Assembly (NCBI GenBank): GCA_021824285.1
Contig: JAKAKZ010000002.1
Coordinates: forward strand, 1,303-65,302
DNA length: 64,000 nucleotides
DNA from: a bacterium
GTDB lineage: Bacteria > Patescibacteriota > Patescibacteriia > SG8-24
Direction of reading: 5' to 3'
Shown here: in pieces, positions 17,196 through 27,248 of the stretch
Layout: the number at the start of each line of letters is the position of its first letter
Position numbering within the stretch: position 1 is the stretch's first letter
Notes under the pieces: generated by a model
What the model saw: the letters and a program-made list of their open reading frames with translations, nothing else
Databases searched by the model: none
What the model was told of the DNA's origin: nothing
Made by a program: the position numbers and the translations under genes

Positions 17196-17982
17196 CGGTC
17201 GCCCGTCGCCGGAACACGAAGAGCACGGCCACGAATCGCACGCTCACACGCGCGCCCATGCCGACATCCTGCCGGCCGTCAGCGTCCGTAACCTGTCCGT
17301 CTCGTTCGACCGCCAGAAAGTGGTTTCGGACGTGAGTTTCGAGGTGCCCCAAGGCGACATCCTGGCCCTGCTCGGGCCGAACGGTTCCGGCAAGACCACG
17401 CTGCTGCGGGCGATGCTTGGACTGATCCCCTACACCGGCGAAGTCCGCATCTTCGGCAAGCACCTGCATGCGGTCCGCGAACTGATTGCCTACGTTCCTC
17501 AACGCTTCGACTTCGACCGCAACTTCCCGATTACCGTGCGCGAGTTCATGGACTTGGCCCGGCACCGCCATTCCCCACCCGGACGGGTCGCCGTCCGTCT
17601 GCAGGACGTCGGCCTGGCGCCGGAGATCCAATCCGCCCGGCTCGGCAGCCTGTCCGGCGGCCAGCTCCAGCGCGTGCTCATCGCGCAGGCCCTGATCAAC
17701 AATCCGTTGGTGCTCTTCCTCGACGAGCCGGCGGCCAACATCGACATTACCGGCGAGGCGACGCTGACCGGCCTCTTGGAACAGCTGCGCGACAAGACCG
17801 ATGTCACCATCGTCATGGTCTCGCACGACATCGCCATGGTATCGGGACTGGTCGACAAGGTGCTCTGCCTCAACGGCCAGATGATGTGTTTCGGGCCGCC
17901 GGAGACGGCGCTCACGGAAAAGTCCATCAAGGAGATCTTCGGCGACAGGAAACGCCTCTTTTCCCATGGACACCAACACTAA
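17167..17982 (+). CDS. znuC: Zn/Mn ABC transporter ATPase
   Basis: GPNGSGKTT, LSGGQLQR and LFLDEP, with His-rich termini. Confidence 0.93.
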   Translation: MPNSSSTTNNGRPSPEHEEHGHESHAHTRAHADILPAVSVRNLSVSFDRQKVVSDVSFEVPQGDILALLGPNGSGKTTLLRAMLGLIPYTGEVRIFGKHLHAVRELIAYVPQRFDFDRNFPITVREFMDLARHRHSPPGRVAVRLQDVGLAPEIQSARLGSLSGGQLQRVLIAQALINNPLVLFLDEPAANIDITGEATLTGLLEQLRDKTDVTIVMVSHDIAMVSGLVDKVLCLNGQMMCFGPPETALTEKSIKEIFGDRKRLFSHGHQH

Positions 17983-17983
17983 T

Positions 17984-18835
17984 ATGGCCGCCTTCTTCCT
18001 CGAGATGTTCTCCTATCCCTTCATGCAGCGCGCCTTCGTTTCCGGTGCGCTCCTAGCCGTCCTGCTGGCCGCCCTGGGCGTCTTCGTCACCGTACGCAAG
18101 ATGGCCTTCTTCGGCGACGGCATCGCGCACTCGTCGCTCGCGGGCATCGCCGTCGCAATGCTCGCCGGACTCGCTCCGCTGCCGGTCGCCCTGGTCTGGG
18201 CCCTTTTCGTGGCGCTGCTCATCTGGCGACTGGAACGCTCCACCCGCCTGCCTTCCGATACGCTCATCGGCGTCTTCTTCACGGCGAGCATGGCTCTAGG
18301 CGTGGTGCTCATGAGCTTCAGCCGCGGTTACCAGCCGGAACTGCTCTCCTACCTGTTCGGCTCCATCCTGACTATCCAGTCTGGCGACCTGCTGGTGACC
18401 GCCGCCCTGTCGCTCGTCATCATGGGCTGGCTGTTCCTCTCGTTCCGCAGCCTGACCTATATGTCTCTCGCGGAAGACAGCGCCGCCGTCGCGGGGACCG
18501 ACGTCCGCAGCCAGACGGCCGCGCTCTACGTGGCGCTGGCGCTCGCGACCGTGCGCGGCGTGAAAATCCTCGGCATCATCCTAGTTTCCGCGCTCATCAT
18601 CCTGCCGACGGCCGCGGGCCGCATGCTCGCCTACTCATTTCGTTCGTACGTCATCGGCTCCCTTTTCCTTTCCGAACTGATGATCCTCTCGGGACTCACG
18701 GTCTCCTACCGTTTTGATCTGCCGTCGGGCGCGACAATCGTCCTTGTCGGCGCGGCCATCTTCTTCTTGGCCGCGGCCTGGAAAACCATGGATGGCGCCT
18801 TCTCAGTCCGTGCCGTGGGCAGACAACCGCGCTGA
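17984..18835 (+). CDS. znuB: Zn/Mn ABC transporter permease
   Basis: FMQRAF, RKMAFFGDGIAHSSLAG, YLFGSIL and DLPSGATIVL. Confidence 0.93.
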   Translation: MAAFFLEMFSYPFMQRAFVSGALLAVLLAALGVFVTVRKMAFFGDGIAHSSLAGIAVAMLAGLAPLPVALVWALFVALLIWRLERSTRLPSDTLIGVFFTASMALGVVLMSFSRGYQPELLSYLFGSILTIQSGDLLVTAALSLVIMGWLFLSFRSLTYMSLAEDSAAVAGTDVRSQTAALYVALALATVRGVKILGIILVSALIILPTAAGRMLAYSFRSYVIGSLFLSELMILSGLTVSYRFDLPSGATIVLVGAAIFFLAAAWKTMDGAFSVRAVGRQPR

Positions 18836-18851
18836 CGCCGCGGACCAGCAT

Positions 18852-19682
18852 ATGGAAATCGTCAAACTCAACGGTCAACGGGTCAAATACGATCGCGGCC
18901 ACATCCGCGAGACGTTGTTGCGCGTGAAAGCCAAACCTGAACTGGTCGATCACATCATGCGCAACGTCGAACGGCAGATGTACGACGGCATGACGACCGG
19001 CGAGCTGTTCGCGCTCGTACACCGCGAACTGCATAAGGAAAACCGCTGCCTGGCGCACCGCTACAATCTCCGCGCCGGCCTGCTCAAGCTTGGCCCGGCG
19101 GGTTTCAACTTCGAGAAATACGTGGCTTCGATCCTCCAGGCCTACCAATACGACGCGCGCCTGCCAGAAAAGGAACTGCCTGGCCTCTGCGTGAACCACG
19201 AGGTCGATGTCATCGCGAACAAGGGCCATCATTGCATCATGATCGAGGCCAAGTTCCGCAACCGTTTCGACGACACCGTCACGCTCAAGGACGTCATGGC
19301 TACCTGGGCGCGCTACCTAGACCTGCGCGAGGGACTCAAGAACGAGGACACCTGCCCGCGGTTCAATGAACTCTGGATCGTCACCAACGGCCGCTTCTCC
19401 GACCGTGCCCGCCAATTCGGCGTCTGCAAGGGATTGCACCTGATCGGCTGGAGCGCCACGGAGTGGTCCCTGGCCCAGATGGTGGACCACGCGGCCCTTT
19501 ACCCCATCACGGTCATCGACGGACTGCGGCAATGGGAACTGGACCGCTTCGCCAAGGCTGGACTGATGCTTTGCCGCGAGGTGGCTGACAAATCTCCGGA
19601 AGCGGTGGCGCGCATCCTGGGCGTGCCGCCGGAACGGGCCGCCAAAATCCGTGACGACGCCAAAGAGGTCGTCAGCCTGTAA
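18852..19682 (+). CDS. ATP-cone plus Mrr-like (PD-(D/E)xK) endonuclease domain protein
   Basis: N-terminal MEIVKLNGQRVKYDRGHI (ATP cone). GFNFEKYV, HEVDVIA..MIEAKF and IVTNGRFSDRA (Mrr_cat-like). Confidence 0.8.
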   Translation: MEIVKLNGQRVKYDRGHIRETLLRVKAKPELVDHIMRNVERQMYDGMTTGELFALVHRELHKENRCLAHRYNLRAGLLKLGPAGFNFEKYVASILQAYQYDARLPEKELPGLCVNHEVDVIANKGHHCIMIEAKFRNRFDDTVTLKDVMATWARYLDLREGLKNEDTCPRFNELWIVTNGRFSDRARQFGVCKGLHLIGWSATEWSLAQMVDHAALYPITVIDGLRQWELDRFAKAGLMLCREVADKSPEAVARILGVPPERAAKIRDDAKEVVSL

Positions 19683-19775
19683 CTGCGGTTCCGAACTGAA
19701 AAACGCCGTATTACCGGCGTTTTTTCTGTCTCAAAGAGATACCGTCTATCCACCGACAGCCGTACCGATCCCCTG

Positions 19776-21929
19776 TCAGGCCGTCGGCCGGCGACGCACG
19801 AGCAGAAACCAGACCGCCCCGCCGGCCAGAAGAACCACCGCCAAAGTTCCGAGCAGGTAGGCGTACTGCATCTGTTTGACCGGTTCGGCCGCCACCGCCG
19901 GCACGGTATTCATGAATTCGCTCACCGTCATGGCCTCGGCTCCTTGGACGACGAAGGCCAGCGGCTCGCTCTTCGAGACGACTCTTCCCTGCTGATCCGC
20001 AATCGTAACGTAAGCCGTATGGTTGCCGTCCGTCAGGCCGCCGCTCAAGTCATACGTGTAGTTGCCGTTCGCGTCCGCGGTCGTAGTCAGCACGAGCGGA
20101 ATGTAGCTGTAGATGAAGATGGAAACCGTGGAACCAGGCACCGCACGGCCCGAAATCCGGCTTTGCGGCCGTGCGCCGGTACCGCTAGGCTCCGCCGCGC
20201 CCGGCGTTTTCCGGCCGCTGACCTGGATGGTCAGCGACTTGTCCGTGCTTCCGTAGCCGCGAGGCTGTTCGAGCGGCTGACCGGACACGAGAGCCCGATC
20301 GAGTGGCGCCAACGCGCCGACGAACGAAGATCCTGCCGTGGCCTTGCCGAATACGGCGGTCAGAATCGCGTAAGACGCCTTGAGGTCAGGTCGGCCGTCG
20401 AGGTTCAGGTCGACGTCATAGAGCGGCCTAGCGTAGGCCGCGGCATCGCCCGGCAGATAAGATATCGAGGGATCGTACTTTTTGAGGCCCAGTATCGAAC
20501 GGTCATCGTTGACGTGAATCAAGCTGTCGATAATCGCGGCGAACTGGCCTTGCTGCGGCTTGTCGCCCTTCTCGAAGAACTGGCGGAGAGCTTCGCGTGA
20601 CGCCTTCGCGCCGGTTGCCCCGGCAAAATCCGGTTTGGTCGGATCGGTACCGAGCCGCCGCTCCAGATCGTCCGATAGGCCGTCGTGGTCGCTGTCCATC
20701 ACGACCAGGCCCGGAGAAATGTCCAGCTTGTCGCCGGTAGCCGCAGGATACCAGGCGGCGTCCTTGGCCTCCTGCTCGCCGACGGCCATCATGCCCTGCA
20801 CGGCGGCGGCAAAATCCGCGACCGTGGCGCGTAGCATGGCCTCGTCCGCCTTGCGCTTCTCTTCCCCGGACATGTAGCCCATGGTGGACTTCTCCTGCAG
20901 GTCACGGCATTCGGCATCACTCTTGCCGGTACAGCCGGGGAACTGGCCGCCGGACCGCTGTTCCAGCCAGGCGACGCACGATTCCTTGGTCAGCCGTCCG
21001 GCGTCAGCGCAGCTGCGATCGGAAAATTGCGCCTCCAGCCAGTCCTGGCAGCGCTCCGGCGACAACTTACGGGCAACGCAGGCCGGGTCGAGCGCGGACG
21101 AAGCGCCGCTCGACGAAGCCATGGCGTCCTTAAGTTCCTGTAAGGCCTGACGTGAGCCGCCTTCCGGTTCGGACGGCGTTTCCCGGGCGGATTGCGACGC
21201 GGCTGACTCAGAATTCGCCTGGAGCTCCGGCGCCGCAGCTGTCGGCGGCGGTTTCTGCGGCTCGCGGTCCGGCTGCTTGGTTTCTGATTGGTTGCTCTCC
21301 GATGGGGCGGAGATGGGCGTCGCGATTACCGGAGGTGACGGCGGTTGAGCGGCTTCGGGCTTCGGCTCTACCGGCGGCGTGCACTTCTGTTCAGTCACCG
21401 GCGATGGCGTCTGCGCGGCCGGACAGTCCGTCGTCAGCTTGCAGTCGCGGACCTGGATGCCGTCAGCCGAACACCGCCCCCAATCGCCGCAAGCCCAGAC
21501 GTCGGCCGTACAGGCGGGCGCCTTCGTCTCGAAATCCTTGATGTCCGAAATCAGCGCGATGCCGCTGGCATCCGTCGAACGCACCCGGAAATAATAGTGC
21601 GTGCCCGGTTTCAGCTCCTGAAGCACGACCCGATGCGTCAGCGTCATCTCGTCATTCATCTGGCCGAGCGTGTCGCCGAAGACCTTATTGGCCTGCTGCA
21701 GGCCCAACGCCGAAGTTGCGCCGTACTCCACCACCGAACTCGCTTCCAGCGTCGTGTACCAAAGGACCGTGGCGCTCGTTTCCGTAATGCCGTCCGGATT
21801 AACGTAAGGCAGTCCGGCGAAAGACAGCGCCTGTGCCTTGGCGAAGCGCTGCGGCAAGAACGGCAGCGCGGCCAGGACAACGGCCAAAAGGAATAGGACG
21901 CCATGTCGGGACGATAATTTCTTGGTCAT
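19776..21929 (-). CDS. Large surface protein (signal peptide, FN3-like, Cys-rich, Ig-like, C-terminal TM)
   Basis: ITETSATVLW.T...VEYG...H.V.L.ELKPGT.YYFRV.S.D (FN3). CTADVWACGDWGRC..G.Q.R.C. DSDHDGLSD. TTTADANGNY.Y..L.DG.HT.YV (Ig-like). C-terminal TM followed by RRR. Confidence 0.85.
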   Translation of the reverse strand: MTKKLSSRHGVLFLLAVVLAALPFLPQRFAKAQALSFAGLPYVNPDGITETSATVLWYTTLEASSVVEYGATSALGLQQANKVFGDTLGQMNDEMTLTHRVVLQELKPGTHYYFRVRSTDASGIALISDIKDFETKAPACTADVWACGDWGRCSADGIQVRDCKLTTDCPAAQTPSPVTEQKCTPPVEPKPEAAQPPSPPVIATPISAPSESNQSETKQPDREPQKPPPTAAAPELQANSESAASQSARETPSEPEGGSRQALQELKDAMASSSGASSALDPACVARKLSPERCQDWLEAQFSDRSCADAGRLTKESCVAWLEQRSGGQFPGCTGKSDAECRDLQEKSTMGYMSGEEKRKADEAMLRATVADFAAAVQGMMAVGEQEAKDAAWYPAATGDKLDISPGLVVMDSDHDGLSDDLERRLGTDPTKPDFAGATGAKASREALRQFFEKGDKPQQGQFAAIIDSLIHVNDDRSILGLKKYDPSISYLPGDAAAYARPLYDVDLNLDGRPDLKASYAILTAVFGKATAGSSFVGALAPLDRALVSGQPLEQPRGYGSTDKSLTIQVSGRKTPGAAEPSGTGARPQSRISGRAVPGSTVSIFIYSYIPLVLTTTADANGNYTYDLSGGLTDGNHTAYVTIADQQGRVVSKSEPLAFVVQGAEAMTVSEFMNTVPAVAAEPVKQMQYAYLLGTLAVVLLAGGAVWFLLVRRRPTA

Positions 21930-22142
21930 AAATGGGAGGTAATGGATCGGCTGAATGATACCATTTTTCGCGCAGCAGGTCGCCGCGAGCGCAAACGGCG
22001 AGTGGCAGCCGTGACGCACGGCCTGACGGCCGAAATGCGCGCCCGCCATGCCTTGACACGCGGCAACCCTCTGATAAGCTCGGACCAGCTCATTTCAGCC
22101 GCGAATCCACGCGTCTGGCGCCCGACAAAGAGGAGATGCACG

Positions 22143-23006
22143 ATGAGACCGGGTAAAATCTCTCTGCTGTACGCGGCCATCGCGGCAGTCCTCCTGGGTC
22201 TGCCGGGCGTGTCCGCCGCCGATTCGATGACGCCGCTCCAGAAGAAGCTCAACGCGGCCGTCGTCATCCTCGCCGGCCAGACCGAAGACGGCGGGCTCAA
22301 GATGCTCTGCACGGCCACCGCCTTCGAGCGGAAGGGCGACATCTACCGCTTCATCACGGCCGCCCACTGCGTGGCCGACGACGACACGGATCACAAGCGC
22401 GTCTCGGTCGCCCAGACCAACTGGTACGTCACCTTCGACGAGGCCGGGCTCAAGGAGTTCCATCCGGCCAAGATCCTCTACGTCGGCTACCAGAGCCGTG
22501 GTGACGACTTCGCCATCCTGGAGGCCGAGCTCAAGCGCGAGATTCCCGTGATTCCGCTCGCGGAACGCGACGGCGAGAAGGGCGAGACCATCGACAACGT
22601 GGCTGCCCCGCTCGCGCTGGGCAAGCAGCTCTTCGACGGCCACGTCAGCCTCGAGGATCTGGACCGGCCCGTCATCAAGGACACCATCAACTGGTGGCAC
22701 GCCATGCTGCTGCAGGTGAACGTCGGCCCCGGTTCGTCCGGTTCAGCCGTGGTCAGCCGTAAGCAGGAGGCGATCATCGCCGTCCTGGTCGGCAACGTCA
22801 GCTTCCGCAGCTCGCCGAACGTGGTCGCGATCCCCGTCTCCAAGCTGCGCCGGTTCCTCAAGGCCGTGAAGTGCGGCAAGTACGAGTGGTTCGACGAGGA
22901 CGGCGCTGGCCGCTCCACGAACGCCGCCCCGACCGTGAACCAGCTCTACCAGAAGGTACTCAACCGCTTTGAGAAGCCTCTCGAGATCGAGCCGCTGGCC
23001 AAGTAG
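22143..23006 (+). CDS. Secreted trypsin-like serine protease
   Basis: Signal peptide plus the triad motifs ITAAHCV, DFAIL and GPGSSGS. Confidence 0.85.
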   Translation: MRPGKISLLYAAIAAVLLGLPGVSAADSMTPLQKKLNAAVVILAGQTEDGGLKMLCTATAFERKGDIYRFITAAHCVADDDTDHKRVSVAQTNWYVTFDEAGLKEFHPAKILYVGYQSRGDDFAILEAELKREIPVIPLAERDGEKGETIDNVAAPLALGKQLFDGHVSLEDLDRPVIKDTINWWHAMLLQVNVGPGSSGSAVVSRKQEAIIAVLVGNVSFRSSPNVVAIPVSKLRRFLKAVKCGKYEWFDEDGAGRSTNAAPTVNQLYQKVLNRFEKPLEIEPLAK

Positions 23007-23081
23007 TTCTTCCGCCCCCTGCCGGGGCGGTTTTTTCATCTAAAAAAGCGCCCCAAGGCGCAGGCGGCAAGCGGCCGCCGC

Positions 23082-23627
23082 TCACTTCAGCGGCAAGAAG
23101 ATATCATCGCAGTCGTAGGCGTTGATGCCCGCGCCGTTCGGACCGAACGACTGGACTACGACCTGTTCGCCCTGCACGGTCTTGCTGGGGCAATGCTGAT
23201 ACGGCACGTAATCGGGATCGAAATAATAGTCGTGGCCCCACGGATCCTGGGTGACGCTGACATAAGGCCCGTTCCACTGCGCGATGGTCTGGTCAGTCCA
23301 GAAACAGCCCGTCCCCTGGTCGCCGACCGCCGGCCGCTGGGTCAGCCCGGCCTGTGCAGCGTAAAGATCGACTTCCGGATTGGCCGAAGCCCAAGGCGCG
23401 CAGCCGTTCGGCCAGCGACCGGTATCCTGCTCCAGGAGATCGATGGCGGTGCGCAGCTCCTTGAGGTCGCCCTTGGCCTTGTTCTCCTGGGCAAGGACCT
23501 TGGCCCTCTGTGAGCTCATGGCCGCAAGCGTGGAGAGCACGCCGATGATGGCCACGACCACCAGTATCTCGATGATGGTAAAGCCGCGCCTGGGGCCGGC
23601 ATACCGCTTGGGTCGATTTAGGGCCAT
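23082..23627 (-). CDS. Type IV pilin / GspG-like pseudopilin
   Basis: RRGFTIIEILVVVAIIGVL N-methylation motif, WNGPY..DPWG..Y and SFGPNG. Confidence 0.9.
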   Translation of the reverse strand: MALNRPKRYAGPRRGFTIIEILVVVAIIGVLSTLAAMSSQRAKVLAQENKAKGDLKELRTAIDLLEQDTGRWPNGCAPWASANPEVDLYAAQAGLTQRPAVGDQGTGCFWTDQTIAQWNGPYVSVTQDPWGHDYYFDPDYVPYQHCPSKTVQGEQVVVQSFGPNGAGINAYDCDDIFLPLK

Positions 23628-23836
23628 ATTGTCCAAAATCATAGCATAACCGCCCTCTGAACGACAGTTCCATCCGCCACCCGACGGACCAAGGTTTGAT
23701 CTCCCAATACACGCTAAATATCGGCTCCTGCCGCGGGCCGGACGACCATTGACCGGATCGGGTCAGATGTGCTTTAATCATCGACACGGCCTTCGGGCCG
23801 CCGTACCTTCTCATCTCATCGCGCAAGGAGACGGCC

Positions 23837-24460
23837 ATGCTCGCGGAAAAAGAGAAAATGGCGCTGTTCCTGCAGAAGCTCGATGCGACCGCGGCCCCCG
23901 ATGTCATGCGGGGCCTCAAGCCGCTGTTTCGCTTTGCCGAGACCAACGAGCCCGTGACGCGACCGGAGCTGTCCGAGGCCGCGCTGGCCGATGCGTTCCG
24001 CAACGCGACGTTGCGGACCCCGGCGAATATCACGCTCATCGAGATGCGCCGGCTCGCGCACATCAGCGAGCAGCAGGCGGCGCTGCTCTGGGAGCGGACC
24101 CGCCAAGGCATGCGGCCGCAGCCCGGCTGCAGCCAGCTCGAGGGCCCGATCTTCGACCGGGCGCGCGCCAGCGCCGCCGATCTGCTGGGCCTGCCGCACT
24201 GGCATGCCCTGCGCCGCGTGATGCATGTCCTGGTCTTCCGCCGGATTCCGGCCTGGGAGATTCCGGAGGCCATCTACAACATGTTCGAGGTCGCGACCTG
24301 CTGGACCGCCTTCGCCATCCGAAGGCAGCAGCGCGCCGCCGACACCATGGGTCCGCTCTTCCGGATCGTCAGCCGCCTGCCCTTCGTCGTCACCTACGCG
24401 AACGAGTGGAACGGCACGCCGGAGAACATGCAGATCTCGCTGACCTGCCTAGTGCACTGA
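23837..24460 (+). CDS. Hypothetical protein
   Basis: ATG after AAGGAG, strong GC3 bias and a terminator at 24477-24510. Confidence 0.65.
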   Translation: MLAEKEKMALFLQKLDATAAPDVMRGLKPLFRFAETNEPVTRPELSEAALADAFRNATLRTPANITLIEMRRLAHISEQQAALLWERTRQGMRPQPGCSQLEGPIFDRARASAADLLGLPHWHALRRVMHVLVFRRIPAWEIPEAIYNMFEVATCWTAFAIRRQQRAADTMGPLFRIVSRLPFVVTYANEWNGTPENMQISLTCLVH

Positions 24461-24615
24461 ACAGGCAGAAAGACTCCAGCCGACCGCGCTTGCGGCCGGC
24501 TTTTTTTATTTAGTTTGGCGCGTGAATAAAATATAAAAATCGCGCCAAGGCGCGATTTTTGCGTTAACTCCAAACTTCACCCTCCAAACTCCCCACTCCC
24601 CCATCCCCGCTTCCG

Positions 24616-26598
24616 CTAATGGCACGGCAGACAGGTATCGCAGATGCCGAGTTCCGTAACCTTGTTCAGGTAATCCATCACCGTCATGACGAAGGCCGCG
24701 TGGCTCCAGGTAAGCGGCGCCGCCGACAGCTGCAGGCCGTTGTCCGGATGAAGCTGTTCGGACAGGATGCCGGAGGGCAGCGCGCGGGCCGCGGTCCAGT
24801 CCAGCAGCTCGCGGGCCTCCTTCAGGTCAGCCGCTGTTTTGGCGCGCCGAATAATGTACTGCGCCTGCCAAAGCGTGCAGATGATCCAGGCGTTGCCCGT
24901 ATCCTGGCGCTGTCGGAAATAGTTGTCGCCCTGATAGCGGGTGATGCCGCCGATGGCGCCCGGTACCCACAGCAGCTCCCGCGTCTTGGCCATGGCGGAA
25001 ACCAGGCGCTCGTCATCCAGGCCGAGGACGCCGAATTCCATGACGCCGAAGGCGCTAGAGGCATCCATCGTCTCATCGCGCGTGTAGACGCCGTTCTCCG
25101 ACCATTTCACGGACTTCGCGAAGTAGCCGCGGTCCGGGTCCCAGCAGTGCTCGAGGATGCCGGCGCGGACCTCAAGCGCAGCTTTCCGCCATTTGCCGGC
25201 GGCCTTGGACTTGCCCAGCAGTTCCGCGAAATAAGCGCCGGCCATGAGTCCGCCGTAAACCGAGGCGGCGGTGTAGGTAAAGACCGCCCGCTGCTCTTCC
25301 CAGAGGTTGTAGGACGGGCGCGGCAGGCGCGTCCTCTCGTGGCGGTATTCGTCGAGGAACGTCGCCGCCGGTTTGATGAAGGAATTGTAAATCGATTCGA
25401 TGAACTCCAAGTCGCGGTTGCGCTCGTAGTGCAGCTTCAGCGTATGGAGCACCGTCGCCGTCTCGTCCTCCTGAATCGGCAGGTGCGGGTCACCCGCCGG
25501 GCCGACCCACGGGTGCCAAGACGAACCGAACGACTTGTCGCACATGTATTTGTGCAGCAGGTAGCCCTCCGGCATGATTACCTCGTTGCAGAACTGGTAG
25601 AACTGGTGCGTATTCTCCGTGTAGCCGGCCGAATCAAGCGCCTGCGCCACGAAGGCCCCGTCGCGCGGCCAGACGTAGGCGTAGGTGTCGCGGCCATGCT
25701 GGAGGAAGTCGGAATCCGCCGAGGCGATGATGCCGCCCAGGCTGTCCACGTGCGTGCGCACCACGAGCAGCGAGATTTCGAACAGCCGGATCACGTCGTC
25801 GGAGAGGCCCCAGAAATCATAGCGCCGGGAGCGCACCCATGCCCGCCAAAAGTCGGAGGTGGTGTCGAGCAGGTGCTGCGGTCCGCGATCCTGGATGTAG
25901 GCGTCGAGCGCGCGCGCCTCGACCAGGCTCCGGCCGCAGGCGATCCAATAGAAGACCTGTTCCTCGCTCTGCGGCTCGACATGGAAATGGAAGGAGATGA
26001 CCGAATCCACCGAGCCGTGGTCGACCGGGTTCTTGGAAAGCACGCCGTCTTCGGCGTCGCGCCAGGTGCCCTCGAGGCCGCGGAAATGCGTCGTACCGAC
26101 GGCATAATCGCGCAGGCCCTCGTTGCCCACGCGTCCGCTCACGAGGAATACGCGACGGCCGCGATAGTGCACCACGACATTGCCCTGCGGTTCGTAGAAG
26201 GCGCTGTTGCCCGTCGCCGTCTCCGCCACCTGGAACTCCTGGGCAAAGAACAGCCGGACCTCACGGCCGCTGTCGCGCTCATTGCGGATCGTGACCTTGC
26301 GGACGAAGAGGTCCTTTTCGTTGTAGACGAAATCATTGAACTCGAGCGTCAGGCCCAGTCCGGCATGCCGGGCCGAGATATGCCCGACCATCGTATCCTC
26401 GCGGTACTTGACCTCCCGCTGCCAAGCCGGGTCGTCCAGCCAGACGAACGTTCCGTCGGCCCAGACTCCGATGTGGTGCCGGTGCCCGCCGACATGGTTC
26501 TCCTGCCCGACATGATAGTAATAGAGATCGCGAAGAATGCCGTTGCTGTCCAAACAGACCAGCAGGCTTCCGTTACCGAGCACTAAAGGTCGCGACAT
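24616..26598 (-). CDS. Glycoside hydrolase family 15 (glucoamylase-like)
   Basis: GGIIASADS, YAYVWPRDG, QEDET, NLWEE, LSEQ and PLTWSHA. Confidence 0.93.
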   Translation of the reverse strand: MSRPLVLGNGSLLVCLDSNGILRDLYYYHVGQENHVGGHRHHIGVWADGTFVWLDDPAWQREVKYREDTMVGHISARHAGLGLTLEFNDFVYNEKDLFVRKVTIRNERDSGREVRLFFAQEFQVAETATGNSAFYEPQGNVVVHYRGRRVFLVSGRVGNEGLRDYAVGTTHFRGLEGTWRDAEDGVLSKNPVDHGSVDSVISFHFHVEPQSEEQVFYWIACGRSLVEARALDAYIQDRGPQHLLDTTSDFWRAWVRSRRYDFWGLSDDVIRLFEISLLVVRTHVDSLGGIIASADSDFLQHGRDTYAYVWPRDGAFVAQALDSAGYTENTHQFYQFCNEVIMPEGYLLHKYMCDKSFGSSWHPWVGPAGDPHLPIQEDETATVLHTLKLHYERNRDLEFIESIYNSFIKPAATFLDEYRHERTRLPRPSYNLWEEQRAVFTYTAASVYGGLMAGAYFAELLGKSKAAGKWRKAALEVRAGILEHCWDPDRGYFAKSVKWSENGVYTRDETMDASSAFGVMEFGVLGLDDERLVSAMAKTRELLWVPGAIGGITRYQGDNYFRQRQDTGNAWIICTLWQAQYIIRRAKTAADLKEARELLDWTAARALPSGILSEQLHPDNGLQLSAAPLTWSHAAFVMTVMDYLNKVTELGICDTCLPCH

Positions 26599-26870
26599 AG
26601 TACGGGCTCTGGATAGATACCGGCATTATAGCATGGAAAGGGCCCGGGCAAGTGAATAAACCGGGGGGGGCGGCTTAAACTTAAAACCAGCCCCAGAGGC
26701 CGAACTTTTTTGCGCGTAATAAGATCCAGTACCAAAAACGCGGGACCGAAAACAATCCCTTTATTGGCGGCAACCTGGCCCGACGGCTTCTTCTGCCTTC
26801 GACCCGGGCACCTGGACCGGTACCCGGGCGTCATGGCTATTTCCAAACCGCAGGGCGGTCAGGCTGGCGT

Positions 26871-27248
26871 TCAGGCGATTTTCTTTTTGGTGCGGGCTGA
26901 CGTCCCGTTACGCGTCGGGGCCACCTTCGGCAGCACCGCCAGGATTCCCTCCAGTTCCTTGACCCGCAAACCCAGGATTTCGCACATCGCGGCCTGGGCC
27001 CGGGCCTTCGCCAGATCAGCGGCCAAAGTCTGGTCGCCGATGACGTCGTCGATCCACGCGGCGATGTCGTTCTTGCCGCCGGCCACATGGTGGGCGAACA
27101 TCTCCGGCGAGACCTTCGGCAGGGTGGCGGCCATCTGACTAAGACTGCGCACTACCGGTCCGTTGTGGAACCAGAAGGCTTTCCAGGCCGGCGACGCTTC
27201 AGCCAGATAGCGCTTGGCTTCGAGCGGTCCGATTATCTGTTTAGGCAT
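26871..27248 (-). CDS. DUF5752-like protein
   Basis: AFWFHNG...FAHHVAGGKNDIAAWIDDVIGDQTLA. Its start overlaps the GH57 stop. Confidence 0.78.
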   Translation of the reverse strand: MPKQIIGPLEAKRYLAEASPAWKAFWFHNGPVVRSLSQMAATLPKVSPEMFAHHVAGGKNDIAAWIDDVIGDQTLAADLAKARAQAAMCEILGLRVKELEGILAVLPKVAPTRNGTSARTKKKIA

